64,000 bases of DNA. It comes from Octopus bimaculoides (lineage: Eukaryota). Numbering within the stretch: the first letter of the stretch is position 1; each line of letters opens with the position of its first letter. The stretch spans positions 690,521 to 754,520 of the forward strand of contig NC_069005.1 in the NCBI RefSeq assembly GCF_001194135.2. Direction: 5' to 3'. The position numbers and the translations under genes are program-made. Below, in pieces: positions 49,864 through 61,500 of this stretch. A model generated the notes under the pieces. That model saw only the letters and a list, made by a program, of their open reading frames with translations. It was not told where the DNA came from and searched no databases.

Positions 49864-52800
49864 ATGGCTGATGACAAGGTAAATTTTCAGTTTGATGTAT
49901 TTTACAAATATCCGTCTTGTTTTAGAAATATTCTTGATGTATTCTTGCTTGTTGCTCTACACAAATACTATGTTTTAAACTTTTATATAAAGAATAACGT
50001 GGTTGGGGTTTAGAGTTTTAAGTTATCTCCAATTGTTAATAATTCTACAAGAAATATCCTATCGTTATGTCCGTTCTCCTTTAAACTAGTTTCGTAATTT
50101 AATATAGCTTACAGATTATCAAGTTATTGTTTTATTTTCAACATCAGACTCTGAGAAACCCACCCCGTTCGTGAAGCCTTTCTCCTCAGATGAATGGATG
50201 AAGAAGCTTTACCATAATTTCAAACTTTGCTCTTGTAAAAACGAGTTTCAACCGATTTCTATTCCAGTTTAATTCCTCCACAGCTCATCAAGTGTTACTA
50301 ATGTGTCTCTATATTAAAAATAAAATGTCTAATTATTCTTAGAACACATTTTACTGGTGGACGTATTTCTTCACACTCCAAGAGTCTTATGTCTTTTGCT
50401 GAATCCTGAGAGGCACCTAATTTCTGTTGTCTAATGTAAATACTTTCATTCACAGACACAACTGCTCTACCATCTTCTATTACACACACACACACAAATA
50501 CACGATCAGTGAATATGATGTTGCTGTTTAACCATCGTCTTCATAATTATTATTGTCACTTTTTTGTAAAATTAAAACTGAAATTCTTTCATTCTTTGAA
50601 AGTTTCTTGGATTCATTTAGCTTTGGCTTCGATTTACAATCTTCCTCTAAAGATTAAGTTATTTTGAAGGAAACTTGAAGCATTCTTGGAGTTACCATTT
50701 ATATGAAAACCTATTCATTCATTTATCTTTATTTGCATTCACAACAAAACATTTTGCGTTGATGTTTTGTTTTCTCGTTTCACAAATTATTTGCTCTAAA
50801 TTTATCAACTTCCAGACGTTTTATTAACTCTCTTCGGCTTTTCTTCCCCTGAAAAGCTTATCCACCATTTACTGCAATCGAACTTTTCCTTCCCCCAGTC
50901 TTCTTTGCTATTATTCCCCACCAGTGGTTTTTGTGGTGGTTGGGGGGGGGGGCAGGGTTGCTCCCCCCCCCCATACACACCTCTCGCCACTTCTGGCATG
51001 GTTTCCATATTGGTAACTCATTGGTTTACTATTTAAAAACTCACGCACACAAAATTCTCACCCCCTCTCTTCTTCGTCTTTCCTTCAAACATGCCTCCGT
51101 GTTTTTCTATCGCAATCGAGATCAACGATTGTAATAATAAATAAATCCTCTAAACTATATTTTTAATCATTTAAGACTTCCACAAAGATAAAAGACATTA
51201 CTTCGCAGGGATGTTCCGCAAGTGTACCCTAAATACCGGGAATGGAAGTGTTTATTATTTGGCAATTTTACAAAGAATCCAAGGCAACAAGCCTCTCGTG
51301 CCCATTAATTTTCTTTTATTCTTTGGTTATTATGGACGTGAGATTGCAACAGAAGATACTGAAATGTTTTGTGGATTTTATTTGTTCGTTGTCTGGAACA
51401 GCAGGCAATATTTTATATTTTTGTATTTTGTTTTCATTGGCAAAATATAAACATGAATGCCAGCAATTACGATCAAATTATATTAGTATGTTCGCCAGGC
51501 TCTGTAATAGAAGCCGTGCCCATAACCTCTTGTGTGTTCCTATGCTGGAAGACAAGGATAAATGGATGAAGTTAAATGAATTTCTGCTCTAAAACCGAAT
51601 GAGTAAATCAGAAGGAAGCCATTGTTGTTTTTATTATTTGAAGTTAATGCCTGATGTGTATTGGTTGTTTGATTTCAGGTGAAAACCATCGAGAATAATG
51701 CTGAAGATGTTGTTGAAAGTCCAGAGATACATTTTGAGCCAATAGTGCAGCTTGCCCCAATTGATGTGAAAACTATGGAGGAAAATGAGGAAGAACTTGT
51801 GAGACTGTAAGTTGAATCCCTTTTTTTAAAAAATATATATGATGGTGCCTGTAGCTGTGTGTGCTCATATTTCCTTGTACAGATGCATCAGTGATTTTTC
51901 TTTTAACTGGTTGTTGTTTCTTTCAGTCGAGCAAAATTGTTCCGTTATGTGAATTCTGATTCACCTGAATGGAAAGAACGAGGTACTGGTGATGTGAAGT
52001 TACTCCGCAATAAGGACTGTGATCAAATCCGATTGGTAATGCGTAGAGACAAGACATTCAAGATTTGTGCCAACCATTACAGTAAGTGATCATCAACCTC
52101 GCAGCCTGCCTTACACTTCTTTTAACATCTTTGGGTTGTTTTCAGTCTCGTTTCAAATCTTCTTGTCATCAGCTTAATCTTTTATCTCAGTTTCTCTTAC
52201 CATTTGATTAATTTTTTTTATCAGACATCAAATATATTCTTCACTTCTTTCTGTCTGTCTATCCATCTCTCTCTTTCTCTCTTCTGCAGTAACTAAAAAC
52301 ATGGAGTTGAAACCAAGCAGTGGCAGTGATCGTGCCTGGGTCTGGAGCACACTGGCTGACTTTGCTGATGAAAAAACCAAACCTGAGCTGTTGGCAATTA
52401 AATTTGCTAATTCTGAAAGTATGTTTTTATAGTTATCATCAGTAGTTAACACCATTCATTTTCTCCATCTGCACATTAAAAAAATATTTTTGATTTGGCC
52501 CCATCAAATCAGTCTGTCAAAAAACAATGGGAATTTTGTGCTTACTCTTTGCTTCTGGGATTCTCTCTCTCTCTCTCATTGTGTGGTTTCTTGTTCACAT
52601 TCCTCTAATCCTTAAGAAACCCTTACAGCCATTGAGATTTTTTTTTTCTGAGTGTAGTTGATCTAGGACTACATCATTCAATGTGTTTGTGTGTCTTTTT
52701 AAGACAGTAGACTGGAATTGAGCTATTTGACTATTATTACTAGCATATTGATTGGCTGTATGGAGGAGGCTACCTTGTTAATTCCTAAGGTAGTTAACTG

Positions 52801-53881
52801 GCAGAAACAGTAGGACATTATTGGATTAAGGGTTTTGTTGAATTTAAATTTATTGCTCTGCATTCAGATCCTCCCCAAGTTGACTTAGTTTTTCATTGTT
52901 CCAGGGATGTTCTTGTAACATGTCCCTCAATCTTATTTCATCTCCTCACGTCAGGCTAAAGAGAAAACTAATCACCATGGCTGGTGTTGCAAGACTCCTT
53001 TAGAAAGATGATGCATTTCTTTTTATTCCCATCTACCAAATTCATATACAAGGATTTGATCAACCCCAATTCATAAAATAAGACCAGCAGTTGATTAACC
53101 CATTATCATATTTCTGTTGGAACACGCTACCTTTTTTTCTTTTCCAGTTAATTATGAAGAATTTAATCAAATATTTTTGTCATTATTAAACTGGTGTTTG
53201 GAGCATAAATGAACATGAAATTTTAATGCAAGGTTTTAAGAAGTTTGTATCCTACAAACCAAGGGTCGTTTCAGGTGGATTGGTATCAAGAGGATCAAAT
53301 GGATTAAACCACTTTGTAAACTGTGACTGGTTTGAGTGCAAAACAATGATTTTTTTTTTCTTTTCTTTTTTTTAAAGATGCACAGTTATTTAAAGAGAAA
53401 TTTGAGGAAGCGAAAAAAATAGTTCTCAGAAATTGTCCAGAGTCTTCCAGTAAGTATTTTACTTGGACTTGAAATTGGTGCCTCTGTGATAGATATGTAT
53501 CTGTTTATTAAAAAAATGTTTTCCCTTGAATTTCTTGAGCTGGTAGAAAGCTAAACCTATTTTCATAAAACAGGTTTAACTTTCTATCAGCTAAATTGTA
53601 GACCCAATTCCATTCGGAATTTTAGTTGAAAAACGAAACCATTGAGCCATCGACATGTGTTGCAATTACTTTTTTTTTTTTTTTTTTTTCTTGTGCTTGT
53701 AATTTTTTTAAACTTATGATAATTATAATCTAAATAATTCAGGTGAATCTGAAGAAGAACTTGCAGACAAGATTGATAAAATGAAAGTGTCATCCTCAGA
53801 AAGTGCCAAGAAAGAAGAGAAAAATGAAACGAGTTCCCCAGAGAAAGAAACGGAAAAGTCGTCCTGTACAAATGATGACAG
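49864..53881 (+). CDS. RANBP1: Ran-specific GTPase-activating protein / Ran-binding protein 1; the 3' end runs into an assembly gap
   Basis: Exons 49864-49878 (MADDK), 51679-51806, 51927-52081, 52290-52418, 53378-53449, 53743-53881+. RanBD motifs: [83 protein letters not shown]. Followed by an acidic tail with an NES-like [10 protein letters not shown]. The stop codon is hidden in the 53882-54471 gap. Confidence 0.96.
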
Positions 53882-55569
53882 NNNNNNNNNNNNNNNNNNN
53901 NNNNNNNNNNNNNNNNNNNNNNNNNNNNNNNNNNNNNNNNNNNNNNNNNNNNNNNNNNNNNNNNNNNNNNNNNNNNNNNNNNNNNNNNNNNNNNNNNNNN
54001 NNNNNNNNNNNNNNNNNNNNNNNNNNNNNNNNNNNNNNNNNNNNNNNNNNNNNNNNNNNNNNNNNNNNNNNNNNNNNNNNNNNNNNNNNNNNNNNNNNNN
54101 NNNNNNNNNNNNNNNNNNNNNNNNNNNNNNNNNNNNNNNNNNNNNNNNNNNNNNNNNNNNNNNNNNNNNNNNNNNNNNNNNNNNNNNNNNNNNNNNNNNN
54201 NNNNNNNNNNNNNNNNNNNNNNNNNNNNNNNNNNNNNNNNNNNNNNNNNNNNNNNNNNNNNNNNNNNNNNNNNNNNNNNNNNNNNNNNNNNNNNNNNNNN
54301 NNNNNNNNNNNNNNNNNNNNNNNNNNNNNNNNNNNNNNNNNNNNNNNNNNNNNNNNNNNNNNNNNNNNNNNNNNNNNNNNNNNNNNNNNNNNNNNNNNNN
54401 NNNNNNNNNNNNNNNNNNNNNNNNNNNNNNNNNNNNNNNNNNNNNNNNNNNNNNNNNNNNNNNNNNNNNNNNGATTTTTATTGTAAATATACAATTTCTA
54501 GCCACTCTGCTTTACTTCTTTTTTCCCCTTCTCTGAATTAATTTAACTTCTTTACAGAGTATTTTTTTTGTAATTCTCTGTTTTTCTCTTAATTCTTGCA
54601 ATTTTGTAAATGAAGAAAAGACAACTGCATGGTTGGTCATCTCATTTTTTTTTTTTTTTTGGTTCCACCAGCACATTTGCATCTTTCACCATTTTCTTAT
54701 GTAAAGCTGAGTATATGTTAGACTGTTCCTCCTCCTCCTCTCCCCACCCCCACTGCTGGAGAGTAATAAATGATGGTAAGTAGTCTTCAAGTGAGAATTA
54801 TTTCCCCCAAACCCATCCCCCGACTCTTCTCTCTCTGGCAGCTACTGCTGCCAACTTTGTATGATTGCTAATACAGGAATAGCTGTTTTTTCTTAAAAGG
54901 TTTCTATTTATTCCTTAACTTTTTTAAAAATAAATATCACTATAGCAACAAAATGAAATTTGTTTTTTTAATTTTGTTTGGTGGGAGCTTTCATCATTGT
55001 CGTTTTAATATCCAATTTTCCATGCTTGCATGAAGTCGATGGAATTCATTGAGGAAGATCTTCCTCCACTGTGGGATGCCCTTGTCATTGACCAGACCTG
55101 GTTTCACAAACTAAACAAACGACTTGGCTTGTATGACGGTGATGGTCGTTTATAACAATGGGACATGGAGACACAACAATCTCCTTTCGTGTTTCCATCT
55201 GCATGACCTACTCACCAAAGCATTGGTCTACCTGAGGTTATAATAGAAGACACTTACCCCAGGGTGCCACACAGTAGGATTGAACCCAAAGCCATGTGGC
55301 TGGGGAGCAAACTTCTTAACCACACAACCATAGGGTTTGTGATTGAAGTTTGCAAGGATTGGTTAATTGAAGAGGAGGGATGCAAAGTACCACTACACAG
55401 AATGGTCTGTTCCAGGTGGTTCAGTGTCTTCCACTGCTTCTGGGCCAGGAGGGAGATTTCTAATTGGAGGAAGTGGGTTCCCTCTCTGGCTTCTTCCTAA
55501 TAAGTTTCTTAGGAGTTGGACCTTCTGTAATAAGTAACAATGGCAAAACAGATTAATTTCAGCATTTAT

Positions 55570-58500
55570 TCAACACTGACAATATTTTATAAGCTTTTCT
55601 AACATTTTCTTCTGAGAGTAGGTGGTGTAGAATGCAAATCTTTTGAACGCTGGTAAATCGTCAAAATTTTCTGAAAGCAGGGTGGTGGAATCTTTTTCCA
55701 AAGTGGTTGTGTACCGGGCCAAACACTTTTCCGCAGCCCTAAAAGCAAAAAGTTTAAATCATCACTTTTCTTGTTGATCAGGTAGAAGATGCCTGCACAG
55801 TGGAATTGAACCCAAAACTTTGGTTCAGAAGCAAAGGCACAAAGCCCATGGCCAGGCTGGGGCACTGCCTTGAAGGGTTTTAATTGAACTCAGGACTATT
55901 CATTTTATGCCTGGTTCTTACTGTAGCAGTCTCTTTTGCCAAACTACTTGTCCACACTCCAGTTAGTATTGGAGGGAGACAAACGCACGTGTATACATAT
56001 ATATATATATATATGGCAGGCTTCTTTTAGTTTTCATCTACCAAATCCACTCAATGCTTTGATCAGCCCCACACAGGGACTGAACTCAAGGCCACAATAG
56101 TTGAGAAGGGAGCTTCTTAATCAGACAGCCACACCTTCACCTCTGAATAATCAATTTAAACAAACTAAAGTATTTTTATGATGTGAGAATATTTTGTTTC
56201 AATGCCTGACAGCCTCTTTTACTGGTCTATATTCCTAAAGAGAAGCTGTTTGAAAGAAGTAAATTGTAAATGAGGTGGTGGTAGAAGAAGAAGAAATTGA
56301 TGTGGCTTACTGAGTGAGTAGCTTTCTCCAGGAAGGACATAAGTTTCGAAGATCTTCTGCAAAAATCAAGAAACAAAAATACATTGTAATAAAATAGTAA
56401 AGAACAGCAGAATGAGAGAGTAGTGGAGATGTTTGGGGTAGATAGGGGTGATTGGTGGTGTTAAGAATGAGTTATGAGGTGTCAATAGGAAGTGGCTAAG
56501 AGGAAAGAGACATAAAGGTAGCAGAGAATGGGATGATGAAATACAGTCCTACTCAATTGCAGCAGTAATTAGAAGAGGGATGAGATGGTAGTAGAGAAGC
56601 AGGCTGGAATTGGAAAATATATTATTTGATTAATAATTGCCAATTGGCAGTTTTTGTTAATAACTTGTGTAATTGACTTCAGGATGTCAGGTAAATAAAC
56701 GTTCATGTTTTTCTCCGTTATATTAATAATTGTTCTTAATTTAGACACCAGGCAAACAATCTTGAATGGAGAGTCTTAGTTGATAGCATCACCTCCACCC
56801 AAGTCCTTGTACATCAAATGGCACTACACCCAGAAAGAATGTAAGGTGATGTGGGACCTTGGCAGGATTTGAACTCAGAATCTGAAGAGGTAAAAGAAAT
56901 TGTCCAAAAGGCCTTTTGGACAATCCTGCTAATCCATTGCCCTCCTTTTGTTACCATATTTCTGCTGAAATGCCTGGATTTTGCTTAAATTAATTTTGAA
57001 AAGAATGAATTCAACAAAATAATTTATCATTATTAAGTTGGTGTTTGGAACATAGTTTAATATGAAATTTTGATCCCATTAAAATGGAATTTGTATCCTA
57101 GAACCATAGGCAGGTTGGTATCAGGGGAGTTAATAAGGCAGAGGGACCAGCAATTTTGAGGGGAGGGGATTAGCTGACAGTACTTGACTGCAGCAAGATG
57201 AAAAGTAAATTTAACCTTGGTAGGATATGAACCCTGAATGTAAAAACCTGGAAGAAATACTGCAAAGCATTTGGTCAGATTCTCTGAGGGTTCTGTCCGT
57301 TCACTGCCCCCTGTTTCAAATTTTAGCACACAGCCAGCAATGTTGGGGGAGGGTTCAGTCAATTAAACTGGTACTTAATTTATCAGCCCTGAAAGGATGA
57401 AATGCAAAGTTGACCCCAGGGTATAAAACCAGAAGAACTGCTTTTGAGTATTTAGTTTCATTTGTTAACAATTCCACCATTTTACTGCCTTTGCTTTCAA
57501 GTTTTGACACAAGGCCAGCAATGTTAGCGAGGGGGGCAAATCGATCATACACAACCCCAGTGCCGAAAGGCAAAGTCAACCTCAGCAGGATTTGAACTCA
57601 GAACATAAAGAATTGGAACAAGAACAGCAAAGCGTTTTGTCTGCCAATTCTGCTCTTTCAAGTGGAAATGATTCAGCCTCAACAAATGCAAAAAAACCCA
57701 GAGAATTGACTTGGCTCGTCTCCAATTGATGATGTTTGCAGATACAAAGATACCATTCCTACCTCCATGTTGTTGTAAAGTTTATCTCTTAATTAAATAA
57801 TCAACTTGCAAATAAATAAATAAACTGCAAAAACCATCCAATCTGTGCCAAATTATGGAAGCAGGAACATTTCAAGAAATACTTACTAAAATGAAGCAGT
57901 TCTTCATCGTCATCGTAACTGTCATCACATTCGTCTTCGTCTTCATCGTCATCATTATCGTTGTCATTGTTATTTGTTTGATTTACAACATTTGGATCAA
58001 TCTGGAAACTGTCTTTTGTTTTCAAAGTCACAAACTCTGAATCATTCAGAAATAAAATCTGCAAAATTGAGAGAGAAAAGTACAATCATCATCATCATCA
58101 TCATTATTATTATTATTTTTGCTTCTGGCCTTGTGCCATTATTATCATTATAAGGTAGAAAAGTAGCAGAAATGCCTGTATACTGGACTAAATTCTTTGA
58201 AATATTGAGTTTCATCACTTTGATAAAATCGTAGCAGTTAAAAGTTGTGTCTCACTGTATAATTCAATTGGCAATAATGCCTTGTGCCAAATGGGGAAAA
58301 TCCTCACCATCACTGCCACCACCACCATCATCATTTTTAAGGTGAATTGCAGAATTATTAAAAGAATTGGATAAACAACTTGCAGTGTTTCTTTTAGCTC
58401 TTTATCTTCAGAGTGGAATTATTAAAGGATGGTGAGCTGGCAGAATTAGGAGCGCATCTGATTAACGCCTTACATTATTTGTTCTGGGTTCAAATCTCAA

Positions 58501-61500
58501 TGCCATGCTCAACTTCGTCTTTCATCCTTTTGGAGTGGATGTCAGGTGTCAGTTGAGACTGGTTGATGTAATCAACTTGACTCCCCTCCCCTCAAGATTA
58601 CTGGACCTTCTGCCAAAGTTAGAACAAATTATTATTATCATTATTTAAGGCAGTGAGCTAAAGGAATCGTTAGAACACCAGACAAAGAAATAAACCCGCA
58701 TTTCTTCCAGCTCTTTACATTCTGAGTTCAAATTCTGCTGAGGTCCACTTTGTCTTTTATCCTTTTCTGGGTCAATAAAATAAGGTAGCAGTTGAGTACT
58801 GAGGGCCATCTAACCAACCCCCCTCTCCACCAACATTTCAGGCCTTGTGCCTTTAGTAGAAAGGATTATTATTATTATCAAACCATTGAAACCATTGAAC
58901 TGGCAGAATCATTTGCCAACCAGCATTTCGTCTGTCCTTGCGTTCTGAGTTCAGATTCCACTGCAGTTAACTTTGTCTTCTATCCTTTCAGGGTCAATTA
59001 AATAAATACCAGTCATGTACTGGATCAATAAAATCTAGTTGCCTCCCCTCCCCCAAAATTTCCAGCCTTATGCCTACAGTTGAAGAAATTATCATTATTA
59101 TTATTATTAACAACCAAACAAGAAGCAACATTGATTTTCAGCTCAGTCTTTCCCATTTTTCTCACCATTTTTGTGCATCAGTTTCAAGGGAATTTCATCA
59201 ACTGCTCGGTAAGAAAACAAACAGCCTGAACAGGGTGTCAGAGAATTCCAAAATGATATTTGAAGGAGAATCAGAAAGAATGTAATGGAGAAAATCAAAG
59301 ACAAGGAACACGCTAATTCTACAACAGTTCTCAAAGTTGCTACACTTGGAAGCAAAAAATAATATTACGGTAGCAATCGAAACTTGTAGAATATGAGTTA
59401 TAAAGGAGCAAGTGGGGGCTGTGTGGTTAAGAAGCAGATTTGGCTGCTATTTTAGCATGACAAGTGACTGGATAGAAGATCCCTCGCTGGCTTGAAACTG
59501 GTGGTGGATGAGATGATAAATGTTTTGTACATGCATAAAATCATTAAACAATTATAAGGGACATTTACCTGAAGAAATAGGATCAGTTCGTCTTTTGTAA
59601 GGAAACCCCGCATGCCGAGTAGAAAGGAATCATCCTCGCTGATGATATTCTTGAAAAGCAAAAAGACAAACATAAAAATTTACTTTTGGTTTATAAGAAG
59701 AAAGTTTCATGACAAAACGATTTTAATTTAATCCTTTCAGATTATTCTGTCAAATGTTGTGCTTATTTCATTCATATTGTTTTGATTTAATCATGAATTA
59801 ATCTCATAGCTTTGGGATTTTGACATGAGGTTTCTTTTTGACATTGTAGGGAAGGTGTAAGAGGCTGAATAATTGGGTTGCCAGCAACCGTCCAACCCAT
59901 GCCAGCATGAACAACATACATTAAATGATGTGGTCAGTTGAAATGCTAAAGGGTTAAACCGTAGACTAAAACCTTTTGGTTTCTATGTGTGTGTGTGTGT
60001 GTATTTGTGCAGATCTGAATAAATATTTGTTGGCAAATGAACAAGTTTACAGGGCTTAGGGGTAGTCAAGGGCATTGTATATGAGAGAACTTGCTTTAGA
60101 GAGCAGAGCTTTTCAAAGTGGACAGCAGCATCCTTTGACGGGAAAGTAGGGAGGGTGTAAAACGTTATATGAGTAATGGGAACAAAGAAAGCAGCAGGGG
60201 AAGGCAAAACATGTACCCTTTAATTAGCCTAATTTTCAAAAAAAAAACATGTCGAAATGATCCTTGGTGTTGTGGTTATCACAACTATATACTTCATGTG
60301 TGATGTTACAACTTTATCCAGCCCCTGTATTGTGTGTATGTATGTGAAGGAATGTGGCTTAATATTTATGGTCTTTGGTTCATAATTGTAAGGTCGTGAA
60401 GTCAATTCTCAGAGACACATTGTGTTCTTGAGCAAGACACTTTATTCCACATTGCTCCTGTCCACTCAGCTGGCAAAAATGAGTCGTACCTGTAATTCAA
60501 AGGGGCCAGCCTTGTCACATTTTATGTCGCACTGAATCTGCCTAAGAACTATGTTAAGGATATGTGTGTCTGTGGAGTACTCAGCCACTTGCTGGTTAAT
60601 TTCGTGAGCAGTCTGTTCCGTTGCTCAAGTCAACTGCCAGAAACAAGTTAGTCAGTAAATGATGCAGAACAGAACTTGGATCCAGAACACACACACACAA
60701 ATAAACAAGCATATATATATATAATACATACACACACACATGTATGCCTATATACAAGCATATATACATACACAGAGCAAACATATGCTGCAAATACTCA
60801 CAGACATTAACATCATTTGCCATTTCTGTTGTAACAATTCTTCATTGTCTGCATGAACTGGCAATTCAGCTGCACTCTCTTGGAAGATTTTTATTGGGAT
60901 TTCAACCTAAGAAAGAAAGAAATCAGTAAATAGTAAAATATCTTTTTTGACCTTTTAGTCAGAAGGGAAGTCAGTATCCATGACCTTTTACAAGGTCTCT
61001 GCAAGTGGTGGCAGCAGGGAATATTAAGTTTATAAGCCCCAAATTTCACTCTATAATTGCCCATGGACATATAACTACTAACCCATAGATTCTGAGTTCA
61101 ATTCCAGGCAGGGACTTGGGAAATAAAATCAACAGAAAAAATAACATCAGCAAAAAAGAATACCTTAGCAAAGGGAACAGTGTACCCCATTAGTCAAATA
61201 AAGGGTTGTATTCGAAATTCCACCAGGACACCTAGTGGAAGGCTGGAGAGTACATCAACCAAAACGTTGTGGTAACAACAAACAAGATGAGGACAAATAT
61301 CCGTCCATTGTGATTAATGTACATAATTCCTCATCTCAAAAATATAGAATAGTAAAGACTAACATGTTTCATCTGCAATGAAAGAATACAATCAAGGGGC
61401 ATTTCACCAAACTGATCTCTCCCCAGTTTATAGAAAATCTCAAATTAGAAAGACTGCAACCCCAGAAAAGAAATAATTTCCAAAGTTAGAAAAAGAATGG

